Of a stretch of 64,000 bases of DNA, positions 54,827 to 64,000 are shown piece by piece. The translations under genes and the position numbers were made by a program. The stretch comes from a virus. The number at the start of each line of letters is the position of its first letter. Position 1 is the stretch's first letter. Under the pieces are notes generated by a model. The model was not told the DNA's origin and did no database searches. It saw only the letters and a list, made by a program, of their open reading frames with translations. The stretch is taken from IMG/VR virus record IMGVR_UViG_3300021085_002380; one strand, given 5' to 3'.

Positions 54827-56656
54827 TCATGCGAACATATACTCCTTACGTAATGCTGAGTCTTTACCAAACATCATTTGAAAAATACTTGCATCATCAA
54901 CTGTAACAGTATCATATTGCGGATCGTTAATAATACTATCATATTCGTTTTCAGTTAATGAACCGAGACCCTTGATGTAACGGTGTTTCCAATTTGGATT
55001 TTTTTGTTTATGATCGTTTGCACTATCGTAATCATAAAACCAAGTAACCTTATCTTTAAATGTTGAAATCATCATAGGTGTACGAGTAATCTTTACGCGT
55101 TTTTCAGTCAATAGCCGTGGCCAGAATTTGAAAAAGAATGCAATCAGCAATGGACTAATATGGCCAATACCATCATGGTCAGCATCAGTTAGAGTTGCAA
55201 TGCTTTCATATGTCATATTGTCAACACTATTAGGATTAGTAATATCAAGTCCTAAAACCGCAACGAGCTCAGAGAGTTCTTTGTTCTTCAATACATCAGC
55301 AGGTTTCATATCCCATGTATTCATAATAACACCACGAAGCGGGTATGCCCCAACCTTATTAGCATCGCGAACCTTAAGTAAGAAACCCATAGCTGAGTCA
55401 CCCTCAACAATCTTCAAAGTTGCGTTTGGTTTGTTGGCAGCAATATGTTTTGCAACCTTAACGCGGCGTAGGCCTTTCTGAGCAAGCGTAGCGGCACGTT
55501 TATCAGCTGCAATCTTTCTCGCAAGTTGCGCTTCGATGATAGGATCAATAAGCTCAGGAGTATTTAAAATTTTGCGAGCAAAGAAAACAGCTTCTTTAAT
55601 TCCTGCGGCTAATGCGTGTTCTTTAACGTTTCCAGTTGGGTTTGTTAAACGCTCTTTAGTTTGGCTGTCAAATTTTGGATTAGTAAAATTGCGAGCAAAC
55701 ATAATAAACGTAAGATTACCTTTACAATGATTACGATTGATTTCAATCTTGTGTTTACGTTTAATCATAACGCACAATTCTTCAACAATGCTATTCATTA
55801 CAAAATCAACATATGTTCCACCTTGGCGTGTATTAACACCGTTCACAAAACTGTTTGAACGAAACCCGTCTGACGAGTGAGCAATAAAGAACGACAAGTT
55901 ATCAGATTTTTCTATAATTGCTGGCTGGTCGCCTACAAACATTTTAGAATACTTTTTAAGATCGTTAACTTTAATACGTTTCTTATTGAATGAAAATGTA
56001 ATTTCAGGAAATGCCATTTGCAAACTGATAAGACGATCTTCAACTAAAGAAATCGTATCGTATTCGTTTAGGCTATTACATTCAAACAGATCAAAGTCAG
56101 GAACAAATGAAACTTCAGTTCCGTTGCCTGCTTTGTTCATTACGGATTCTTTAATTGTTTCAGCGCCGTTAGTACAAGTAACAACTTGGCATTTGCCACC
56201 GTTCCATGTTTTGCCTGTAAATTTTGAAGACAAGAAGTTAGTCGCCGCAGATCCTACGCCGTTCGTTCCGATAGTTACTCGCTCATCATCAAAGGATGTA
56301 CCTGCATTAACACGGGTCCACGCCGCGGTTGCTTGCGCTATCTTACTTCCTGTGGTTTCATCGTAAACCAATTCATGCGGTATACCGCGGCCGTTATCTG
56401 TTACGGTAATTGAGTTGTCCATTTTGATAGACACGTCAATTTTATTTGCATATTTGAAATTCGTGCGAATTGCTTCATCTATTGAATTATCTAATATTTC
56501 ATCAATCATTTTTGATAAAGCTGGAACGTATTCAACTCTATCCCATTTGCCCATCATAAAACGCTCAATAGGTTCACGGGCGCTTGATCCCATGTACATA
56601 CCAATGCGTTCACGAACGTGTTGACGAGCTGTTAAGATTTTAAATTGTTCAGACAT
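54827..56656 (-). CDS. gp39: Type II topoisomerase large subunit (gp39+gp60 fused)
   Basis: EILDNSIDE, DNGRGIP, EGDSA, PLRG, DADHDG and YIKGLGS. Confidence 0.97.
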   Translation of the reverse strand: MSEQFKILTARQHVRERIGMYMGSSAREPIERFMMGKWDRVEYVPALSKMIDEILDNSIDEAIRTNFKYANKIDVSIKMDNSITVTDNGRGIPHELVYDETTGSKIAQATAAWTRVNAGTSFDDERVTIGTNGVGSAATNFLSSKFTGKTWNGGKCQVVTCTNGAETIKESVMNKAGNGTEVSFVPDFDLFECNSLNEYDTISLVEDRLISLQMAFPEITFSFNKKRIKVNDLKKYSKMFVGDQPAIIEKSDNLSFFIAHSSDGFRSNSFVNGVNTRQGGTYVDFVMNSIVEELCVMIKRKHKIEINRNHCKGNLTFIMFARNFTNPKFDSQTKERLTNPTGNVKEHALAAGIKEAVFFARKILNTPELIDPIIEAQLARKIAADKRAATLAQKGLRRVKVAKHIAANKPNATLKIVEGDSAMGFLLKVRDANKVGAYPLRGVIMNTWDMKPADVLKNKELSELVAVLGLDITNPNSVDNMTYESIATLTDADHDGIGHISPLLIAFFFKFWPRLLTEKRVKITRTPMMISTFKDKVTWFYDYDSANDHKQKNPNWKHRYIKGLGSLTENEYDSIINDPQYDTVTVDDASIFQMMFGKDSALRKEYMFA

Positions 56657-56681
56657 ATTGTCTCCATTTTATATATGGTAC

Positions 56682-56747
56682 TCAAAACCAATGAGTACAA
56701 TCATCGCACGGATCATCCCATTTATGCGGAATGTCGTCGTTGTCCAT
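56682..56747 (-). CDS. 21-aa upstream peptide
   Basis: MDNDDIPHKWDDPCDDCTHWF with AAGGA RBS. Confidence 0.45.
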   Translation of the reverse strand: MDNDDIPHKWDDPCDDCTHWF

Positions 56748-56784
56748 ACGGATCCTTGTTTCTGTTTCCGGTTACTCTATTTAT

Positions 56785-56792
56785 TATAAATA
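56785..56792 (+). promoter_or_regulatory. T4-type late promoter
   Basis: TATAAATA upstream of gp3. Confidence 0.8.
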
Positions 56793-56795
56793 TCT

Positions 56796-56824
56796 ATACT
56801 AACTGATTCGGGACAGAATGTAAA
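56796..56824 (-). promoter_or_regulatory. Early promoter with GAATCAG driving the topoisomerase genes
   Basis: TTTACA-N17-TAGTAT. Confidence 0.7.
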
Positions 56825-56831
56825 TAGGAAA

Positions 56832-57323
56832 ATGAACATGCAGACAAATTATTTGAATCCAACATCCTTTTTGGTGTCTATTGAAAGAATACCAAATGTA
56901 GTGTTTACAACACAGCGGGCTATCTTGCCTTCAGTTTCGATGTCTGCAGTTACTACGCCTAACCCGTTGAAAAATATTTATCAAGTTCCTGACCATCTTG
57001 AGTATGCTGAACTTGACTTGAGTTTTGTCCTTAACGAAAATCTTGATAATTATATAGAAATTTTAAATTGGATGGAAGGTCTTGCAACTCCTGAAAGTTT
57101 GTCGCAATTTGATCGTTTAAAGAACACAAGGGATGGCTTAAAGTCAGATATCGTCATTATAGTAACAAACAGCCACAAGAACCCAAATATAGAGTTTAGG
57201 TTTAAAGACGCGTTCCCACTTACAATTTCTCCAATCAGTTTAGATATTACACCTGGCGATGTCGTAAATCCTGAAGTAACCGTCACATTCCGTCATAACG
57301 GTTTCACAATCACTCAATTATAA
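56832..57323 (+). CDS. gp3: Tail completion protein gp3 (tail-tube fold)
   Basis: NYLNPTSF, ENLDNY.EI.NW and F.DAFP; late promoter; gp3-uvsY-uvsW synteny. Confidence 0.8.
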   Translation: MNMQTNYLNPTSFLVSIERIPNVVFTTQRAILPSVSMSAVTTPNPLKNIYQVPDHLEYAELDLSFVLNENLDNYIEILNWMEGLATPESLSQFDRLKNTRDGLKSDIVIIVTNSHKNPNIEFRFKDAFPLTISPISLDITPGDVVNPEVTVTFRHNGFTITQL

Positions 57324-57381
57324 TTGTTGACATTCCACTGATTCTAGTGTAGAATAGCAGTATAAGCTAGAGGAGTATAGT

Positions 57382-57819
57382 ATGAGCACTGATGATATCA
57401 GCGAGCTGTGGTCAAAAGATTCTAAAATCGATGAAACAAACCTTATGGGTGAATCAAAGCGAATTCCTGAATTACATAGTAAGTATTACAATTTATATTA
57501 TAAGGAAGCGCTAAAAGTAAAAAAGCTTCGGTATGATTATAAAGAACTTGAGATGGCAAAACGTGAATGGATTGATGGATCCATGGCAGAAGAAGATTTG
57601 CACGAACGGGGTTGGCGACCTTTTCAGAAAAAAGTTATTCGCCAAGATATGGATAAATATATACAGAGCGATAAAGACATTATCAACTTAAGTCTTAAAA
57701 TAGATTATCATTCGGTACGTGCAAACTATCTCGAAGATATCGTTAAGACAATACATAGTCGCAATTTCATTATCAAAAATATAATTGATATTATGAAATT
57801 CCAAGCTGGAGAATACTAA
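57382..57819 (+). CDS. uvsY: Recombination mediator UvsY
   Basis: W.KDS.ID, IPELHSKY and R.F.IKN.ID..KF. Confidence 0.9.
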   Translation: MSTDDISELWSKDSKIDETNLMGESKRIPELHSKYYNLYYKEALKVKKLRYDYKELEMAKREWIDGSMAEEDLHERGWRPFQKKVIRQDMDKYIQSDKDIINLSLKIDYHSVRANYLEDIVKTIHSRNFIIKNIIDIMKFQAGEY

Positions 57820-58100
57820 TGAAATCAGTAGCTGAACAAGCAATTCAAGCATCGATGTATGGTCATTCTGTAACGTATCCTAACAGTGAAAACATTAAGC
57901 CGCCATTAGAAAAAGAACGTATTCGCGTCGTTGAAGCGGCAACTCGAGCTGAAATTGCTAGCTATCGAGTTAAGGAAATCGAAGAGCGGATAGAAGAGAT
58001 AAATATACTCAGACAGCAAGCTGCTGTTCGTTATGCACCAAATGGAGATAAAGTTCCTGTTGCATATACACAAGGTGAATTTGTAGATATTGAAGTATAG
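57819..58100 (+). CDS. Hypothetical protein
   Basis: TAATG-coupled ORF. Confidence 0.65.
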   Translation: MKSVAEQAIQASMYGHSVTYPNSENIKPPLEKERIRVVEAATRAEIASYRVKEIEERIEEINILRQQAAVRYAPNGDKVPVAYTQGEFVDIEV

Positions 58101-58106
58101 GATTAT

Positions 58107-59600
58107 ATGACTGACGTTGTAAATGTTGAACAGATTAATGCTGTTTATTTGAAAGTAACCGCAGATCCTGGAACTCGTCAAGAGATTCAGCAATTCTTTT
58201 CATTTAGACCAAATAATTATCAATTTACTCCTGCATACAAAAATCGTATGTGGGATGGTTGGATACGTCTGTATCAGCCAATGCGTCCAACTCTTTACGT
58301 AGGTTTAATGAAACACTTAGTTAAATTTTGCGAAGATAGAGGTTATGAAATTAATGCTGACGAAGATCTGATACACGGCGATGATATTCCTGATGATTAC
58401 GGTTATCAAATTGCAAGAGATGTAAATTGTAAGTTCGAGCCTCGAGATTATCAGAACGATTATGTTGTTAGTGCATTGAGAGACCGTAGATCATTATCAT
58501 TATCTCCAACTTCATCAGGTAAATCTTTAATCATTTATCTTATGCAACAACATTATTACGAAACATATGGTCATAGAACTTTAATTATTGTGCCTACAAT
58601 TGGTCTTGTTCATCAGATGGCTGGCGACTTCGAAGACTATGGTTGTGATCCTAGTTTGATATATAAAATCCAAGGTGGTGTTGATAAGAATACTTCGGCA
58701 CCTATTGTCATAAGTACTTGGCAATCATTGATTAAACAACCAAAAGATTGGTTCTCTCAATTCAAAGTAGCATTAGGAGATGAGGCTCATTTGTTTCAAG
58801 CTAAGTCTTTGCAGAAAATCATGGAAGGTTTAGACGAGTGCTATTACCGTCATGGATTTACAGGTACTCTAAAAACTGAGGAAAGTAAAACGCACCAACT
58901 TGTTCTTGAAGGTTGCTTTGGGCCAGTACGTCGCTTTGTTAATACTAAGGATTTAATTGAAAGCGGGACAGTTGCAGATTTCAACATCAAAGCAATTGTT
59001 CTTTCTCATAATAACGAAACTCGTAAAAAGTTTAAAGACGCTTTCAAACAAGTTAAAGAAACTCAGAAAAAATACCCAGCTGAAAGAGAGTTTATTGTTA
59101 ATAACGAAAAGAGAAACATATTCATTCGTAATTTGTTATGGTCTCTTAAAGGTCAAAATAACTTAGTGTTGTTTGATTTAGTTGAAAAACATGGTAAGAT
59201 ATTAGAGCCACTCCTTCGGAGAGACGATCGTCAACTACATTTTATATATGGCGCAACAAAAGGTGAAGAACGCGAGCGTATTCGTCATATGATTGAAAAC
59301 GATCCGATTAAACAACATGACATTCTTGCATCTTATGGTGTATTCAGTACTGGCGTTAATCTTAAGAAATTGGATAACGTAATCTTTGCGTCTGGTTCTA
59401 AATCTGAAATCAAAGTACTTCAATCAATTGGACGGACTCTTCGAAAAGGTAACGATGCTGATAAAGCTACGCTGTATGATATTACTGATGACCTGTCGGT
59501 AGGATCGTTTGAAAACTATACGCTCAAACATTTCCGCAAACGTATTGAGATTTATGGTTCTGAACAATTCCCATATAAGATATATACAGTTAACATCTAA
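58107..59600 (+). CDS. uvsW: UvsW helicase
   Basis: WDG.IRL, RDYQ, SPTSSGKS, DEAH and QSIGR.LR. Confidence 0.97.
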   Translation: MTDVVNVEQINAVYLKVTADPGTRQEIQQFFSFRPNNYQFTPAYKNRMWDGWIRLYQPMRPTLYVGLMKHLVKFCEDRGYEINADEDLIHGDDIPDDYGYQIARDVNCKFEPRDYQNDYVVSALRDRRSLSLSPTSSGKSLIIYLMQQHYYETYGHRTLIIVPTIGLVHQMAGDFEDYGCDPSLIYKIQGGVDKNTSAPIVISTWQSLIKQPKDWFSQFKVALGDEAHLFQAKSLQKIMEGLDECYYRHGFTGTLKTEESKTHQLVLEGCFGPVRRFVNTKDLIESGTVADFNIKAIVLSHNNETRKKFKDAFKQVKETQKKYPAEREFIVNNEKRNIFIRNLLWSLKGQNNLVLFDLVEKHGKILEPLLRRDDRQLHFIYGATKGEERERIRHMIENDPIKQHDILASYGVFSTGVNLKKLDNVIFASGSKSEIKVLQSIGRTLRKGNDADKATLYDITDDLSVGSFENYTLKHFRKRIEIYGSEQFPYKIYTVNI

Positions 59601-59604
59601 TTAT

Positions 59605-59653
59605 TATTTATAGAGACATAAGTCTATTATACACAGTATCCAGAGTATGTCAA
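59605..59653 (-). promoter_or_regulatory. Stacked early-type and late promoters antisense to uvsW
   Basis: TTGACA-N16-TATAAT (59626-59653) and TATAAATA (59605-59612). Confidence 0.6.
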
Positions 59654-59680
59654 CCAATATTTTCGTAAAAAGGAAAAAAA

Positions 59681-60274
59681 ATGTTTATAGACTTTGGTTG
59701 CGGTTACGATCTTAGTCAATTCCAACATAAGCAAACCCATTGGCCAGTTCCAAAAGATGTTCCGTATGTTGGGATAGATCGCCGGCCGATTAAACACAAC
59801 GCTTCAAAAGAATTTATAGGTTTACTTGAAGCAGGATATACTCAAACGGCTAAAAACATTTGGATAAAGAAACATGAGTATTCATTTCGTTTACATGATA
59901 TGTATGTGATTGATGATATCAGAAACGATATGCCTTTGATGGCAGAACAGTTCAGATGTGATTCCGTTTTAGAACATATACCCGAGGACGAAGTATTTGA
60001 TACTCTTGTTGGGATCTATAATAAGGTAGACGATGAAGGGTCTGGCGGGATACATATTGACCTTTCAGATCACAAGAAACAAATACCACCTACATTTGAC
60101 CATTACGAAGATAATACTTGGGGTGTTGAAAACCGTGAGCATTACAAAGGATTTTTTCTCAATCGCATTAAAAAAGACCAATGGATAGAATTACTTAACG
60201 AACTTTTTGTATATGAATTGCGTGATCCAGAAGAACCATCTTTTGTATCAGCACGCAATGTTAGAAAAAAGTAG
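59681..60274 (+). CDS. SAM methyltransferase-like protein
   Basis: IDFGCG, YVGID, SVLEHI and H.IDLSDH. Confidence 0.65.
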   Translation: MFIDFGCGYDLSQFQHKQTHWPVPKDVPYVGIDRRPIKHNASKEFIGLLEAGYTQTAKNIWIKKHEYSFRLHDMYVIDDIRNDMPLMAEQFRCDSVLEHIPEDEVFDTLVGIYNKVDDEGSGGIHIDLSDHKKQIPPTFDHYEDNTWGVENREHYKGFFLNRIKKDQWIELLNELFVYELRDPEEPSFVSARNVRKK

Positions 60275-60338
60275 TTGACATATTAGTCTTTTTAGAATAC
60301 TATATTAATATACCCCACAATAAAGGAGGACACCGTCC

Positions 60339-60842
60339 ATGGCGAAACCTCGCAAACGGAACTACGTCAACAACAAAGACCTGCTGGAAGCTTTAATCAA
60401 TTACAAGAAAGCTTGCCGCGAAGCAGAAGACCAAGGCGAGATAACGCCTCGAGTGCCTGACTACATAGGTAAATGCATTTATCAAATTGCTACAAGACTC
60501 GCAACAAAACCAAACTTTAGTGGGTATTCCTACAAAGAAGATATGATATCAGACGGAATTGAAAACTGTCTTCAGTATATCAATAACTTTAATCCTGAAA
60601 AATCTCAAAACCCATTTGCATACTTTACTCAAATTATTTGGTACGCGTTCCTACGACGTATTCAAAAGGAAAAGAAGCAAATGTATATCCGGTTTAAATC
60701 TTCGCAAAGTATGATTGCAACTGGCGGAACTTATGCCGGTGATGAAGTAGTTCTTAATCTCAATACTAATGCTGATTATATGAATGCATTTGTTCAAGAC
60801 TTTGAGGACAAACTAACTAGAGATAAAGAGAAAAAGAAATAA
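60339..60842 (+). CDS. gp55: Late sigma factor gp55
   Basis: NYVNNK, PNFSGYSY..DMISDGIENC and NPFAYFTQI...AFLRRI. Confidence 0.97.
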   Translation: MAKPRKRNYVNNKDLLEALINYKKACREAEDQGEITPRVPDYIGKCIYQIATRLATKPNFSGYSYKEDMISDGIENCLQYINNFNPEKSQNPFAYFTQIIWYAFLRRIQKEKKQMYIRFKSSQSMIATGGTYAGDEVVLNLNTNADYMNAFVQDFEDKLTRDKEKKK

Positions 60843-60845
60843 TAA

Positions 60846-61910
60846 ATGAAAATAGCAATTATTACAGATATGCATCTCGGCGTACGGGGTGACTCTAAAG
60901 TATTCTTGGATCATCAAGAAAAGTTTTTTAGCAAAATATTTTTCCCATATTTAGACGAACATGGTATTAAGACTGTACTTGACCTCGGCGATACTTTTGA
61001 CCGACGTAAGTATGTTAACTATGTTACACTCGCAAGAGCTAAGAAAATGTTCTTTGACGAATTGTCAAAACGTGACATTGAGTACCATGCAATTGTTGGA
61101 AACCATTCTGTATATTATACAAACACCAACGAAGTTAACTCGATGAACCTATTGCTTCAAGAGTATTCAAACTTCAACATTTACCAAGACAATCCAATTG
61201 AGTTGACATTTGGGTCAACTAGTGTTATTATGGTTCCATGGCTTACAAAAGATAATATGGAAAAAAGTCTTACGGTAATAAAAAACTCAACTGCAAACAT
61301 TTGTATGGGCCACTTTGCTATCCAAGGTTTTGAAATGTTGAAAGGTGCAATTAACGACCACGGTTTACAAAAAGACGTGTTCACTCATTTTGAGCAAGTT
61401 TACTCAGGACACTTTCACCATCCTTCAGAGTATGGCAATATTAAGTACCTTGGCGCTCCGTATGAAATGACTTGGTCCGATTACGAAGGACGTCGTGGTT
61501 TCCGTATACTTGATACTGAAACACGTGGATTGGAATGGATCTTAAATCCGTTTCAAATTTATCATAAGATAGACTACGACGATACCGATATGACTATTGA
61601 AGAAATTGCATCCTTGGATACTGATAATATCAAAGATGCATATATTAAAGTGATTGTGAAAGAACGTTCCAATCCATACATATATGACTTGTTCATTAAT
61701 AAATTAACTGATGCAGGCGCCGCTGATGTTAAAGCTATTGAGGACAGTCTTAATTTAGAGTCAGAAGGGGTTGAAGATATCCTTGATGAAACAAAGGATA
61801 CAAAAGAAATCCTACATAGTTATATTGACTCTCTTGACACAAAGGTTGATAGGAAAGATATTAAAATGCTAATTGATGATTTATATATTGAGGCACAGCA
61901 GGTTGCATGA
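60846..61910 (+). CDS. gp47: Recombination nuclease gp47 (Mre11-like)
   Basis: TDMHLG, LGDTFDRRK, GNH and SGHFH. Confidence 0.97.
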   Translation: MKIAIITDMHLGVRGDSKVFLDHQEKFFSKIFFPYLDEHGIKTVLDLGDTFDRRKYVNYVTLARAKKMFFDELSKRDIEYHAIVGNHSVYYTNTNEVNSMNLLLQEYSNFNIYQDNPIELTFGSTSVIMVPWLTKDNMEKSLTVIKNSTANICMGHFAIQGFEMLKGAINDHGLQKDVFTHFEQVYSGHFHHPSEYGNIKYLGAPYEMTWSDYEGRRGFRILDTETRGLEWILNPFQIYHKIDYDDTDMTIEEIASLDTDNIKDAYIKVIVKERSNPYIYDLFINKLTDAGAADVKAIEDSLNLESEGVEDILDETKDTKEILHSYIDSLDTKVDRKDIKMLIDDLYIEAQQVA

Positions 61911-63619
61911 AGATTGAATTTAAAACTGTTCGTTATAAAAATTTACTATCGTCTGGTAACTCTTGGACGACAATCCCGCTTAATAATAACAGAACAACTT
62001 TAATCAGCGGTACAAATGGTAGCGGTAAGTCAACATTGTTGGACGCTATCGTTTTTGGTTTATACGGTAAAGCATTTCGTAAAATTAATAAGAACCAACT
62101 TATTAACAGTATTAATGGCCGAGACACTCTTGTTGAAATAGAGTTTCAAATTGGTCAAAACAAATATATGGTTCGCCGTGGCATTAAGCCTGTAGTCTTT
62201 GAAATATGGAAAAACGGTGAAGTCATAAATCAGGACGCTGCGTCTCGAGATTACCAATCGTATCTTGAGCAAAACATTCTCAACTTAAATTATAAATCAT
62301 TTAATCAAATCGTTGTGTTAGGTAGTGCAACTTACGTTCCGTTCATGGAATTGCCTGCTCATACACGTCGTGATATCATTGAAGATCTGTTGGATATACA
62401 AGTCTTTAGTACAATGAATACTTTGCTAAAAGATCGTGTATCAATTAATAAAGATAACATTGCCGAGACCGGTTATCAAATGGATCTTACAGAGCAAAAG
62501 CTCGATTCTGCAAAGGAGCACAACGCTTCAATCCGCAAGATCCGTGAAGATGAAGTTGAAAAAGTACGTGAAAAAATGTCAGGCCATTTGGTTAAGGTTG
62601 AAGAAGAAAAAGAAGCAATAGAACAGCTTCAAACAAATATTGAAGAACTGGTTAAAACTATTACAGATAAGCAATCAGTCAAAGCAAAGATTGACAAAGC
62701 AAAGAAATTGAAACAAGAATTAGCTATTAAACTTCGTGGCCATCATGATGAGCTTTCTTTCTATAACAATCACGATAACTGTCCTACATGTAAACAAGGT
62801 ATTGAACACGATTTCAAAGAAACTATTATTACCGATAAAGGTAAAAAGATTGGCGAACTTGACGGCGGTCTTGAACAGTTATTGGAAAAGATAAAAGGCT
62901 ACGAAACTAGAGTCGAAGAAATATCAAATGTTGAGGATCAAATTTCTGAACTTAATTTGACTATTGGCGACCATCGCGCAACTATTAAGGTATCTATGAA
63001 TGCGTTGAAATCGTATAAGAATGAATTGACAAAAGCTGAAGAACAAGTTGAAGCAGTTGATACATCAAAACTTGAAGAGTTAAGTACAAAACTAAAAGAT
63101 TTTGAAACAATGCAGCAAGATCTGTTTAATCAAAAAGAAGTCATCAGTGTTGTTCAAACGATGTTAAGAGATGGTGGTATTAAAGCAAAAATCATTCGCC
63201 AATACATTCCTGTTATGAATAAACTAATCAATAAGTACCTTGGCGCGTTTGACTTGTTTGTTGACTTCCAACTTGACGAAAACTTTAACGAAGTAATTAA
63301 GTCAAGGTTCCGTGACGCGTTTTCTTACGCATCGTTCAGTGAAGGCGAAAAGCTCAGGATCACGTTGTCAATTATGTTGGCTTGGCGTTCTGTTGCGAAA
63401 CTAAGAAATTCTGTTTCTACCAATTTATTGCTACTTGACGAAACGTTGGATGGTGCCCTCGACTCAGTCGGTATTGAAAATCTTATTGACACATTACATA
63501 ATCTAAACACTGATGATAACATATTTGTTATTAGCCATCGTGGCCATCAGTTTGGAGACAAGTTTGATAGTCATATTCGTTTCCAAAAAGTTAAAAACTT
63601 TAGTGAGGTTACAGCTTGA
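61907..63619 (+). CDS. gp46: Recombination ATPase gp46 (Rad50-like)
   Basis: GTNGSGKST, CPTC hook, FSEGEK, LLDE and ISH. Confidence 0.97.
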   Translation: MKIEFKTVRYKNLLSSGNSWTTIPLNNNRTTLISGTNGSGKSTLLDAIVFGLYGKAFRKINKNQLINSINGRDTLVEIEFQIGQNKYMVRRGIKPVVFEIWKNGEVINQDAASRDYQSYLEQNILNLNYKSFNQIVVLGSATYVPFMELPAHTRRDIIEDLLDIQVFSTMNTLLKDRVSINKDNIAETGYQMDLTEQKLDSAKEHNASIRKIREDEVEKVREKMSGHLVKVEEEKEAIEQLQTNIEELVKTITDKQSVKAKIDKAKKLKQELAIKLRGHHDELSFYNNHDNCPTCKQGIEHDFKETIITDKGKKIGELDGGLEQLLEKIKGYETRVEEISNVEDQISELNLTIGDHRATIKVSMNALKSYKNELTKAEEQVEAVDTSKLEELSTKLKDFETMQQDLFNQKEVISVVQTMLRDGGIKAKIIRQYIPVMNKLINKYLGAFDLFVDFQLDENFNEVIKSRFRDAFSYASFSEGEKLRITLSIMLAWRSVAKLRNSVSTNLLLLDETLDGALDSVGIENLIDTLHNLNTDDNIFVISHRGHQFGDKFDSHIRFQKVKNFSEVTA

Positions 63620-64000
63620 CTTTGTTAAATAACTCAATGTCTACCGAAGGACTTAATGATCTTGAAACCCTCGAGACAATGTTTAAAGAATTCTTTCATA
63701 AACAAACATACGACTGGTGGGTACCTGTCAAGGCTGGCGATATTGTAGTTGATCTTGGAGCTTGCGTTGGTATGTTTACGTGTCGCGCTTTAGATTTAGG
63801 AGCTTCTAAGGTATATTCAGTAGAGCCTAGCATTGATCTGCTGTCCACAACTATGAAAAACGCGCTATCGCATTTAGTTGAACATCCTGGTTCTGTTATA
63901 CCTGAGCATGCATTCATTGGAACTAAAAAAGATCATACCTTAAACTCATTTAATGATTCTAACGCCAAGACAATGGCTTTTTCAGAATTTCTATATAAAC
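63616..64000 (+). CDS. FkbM-family methyltransferase (partial)
   Basis: Hand-translated DIVVDLGACVGMF...VYSVEP; runs off the window edge. Confidence 0.8.
   Translation, partial: MTLLNNSMSTEGLNDLETLETMFKEFFHKQTYDWWVPVKAGDIVVDLGACVGMFTCRALDLGASKVYSVEPSIDLLSTTMKNALSHLVEHPGSVIPEHAFIGTKKDHTLNSFNDSNAKTMAFSEFLYK

Noticed and set aside
40-63917. Many opposite-strand or nested ORFs in the track (e.g. 40-246, 1452-1760, 38986-39444, 55128-55481, 63696-63917)
   Set aside because: They shadow well-supported genes and have no motifs or RBS
1-64000. CRISPR array, DGR/reverse transcriptase, integrase, intein
   Set aside because: No regularly spaced repeats or diagnostic motifs seen by eye; core genes are of normal length

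Overview
A 64-kb AT-rich segment of a large T4-like (Tevenvirinae/Kyanoviridae-like) myophage genome. Core genes recognised by motif: regA, gp62, gp44, gp45, a gp42-like dCMP hydroxymethylase, gp52, fused gp39/60, gp3, uvsY, uvsW, gp55, gp47 and gp46, plus 4 tRNAs. Pseudoazurin, a ROSE-like thermometer on hsp20, and GANTC sites fixed inside early promoters point (by inference) to an alphaproteobacterial host. Four accessory systems stand out. (1) A replication-coupled cytosine hypermodification island (6.5-16 kb), where a glycosyltransferase and a degenerate C5-methyltransferase both end in a clamp-binding-like tail. (2) A ~14.5-kb late operon (18-32.5 kb) joining duplicated putative virion proteins to four radical SAM enzymes, four glycosyltransferases, methyltransferases, a 2OG-Fe oxygenase and a QueC-like protein. 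(3) A late operon of exported proteins (38-44.6 kb) with a pilin-like/chaperone-like pair, a lipase, a metallothionein-like peptide and small membrane proteins. (4) Two unannotated structured RNAs flanking tRNA-Pro. All calls come from reading motifs by eye; no database search was run.
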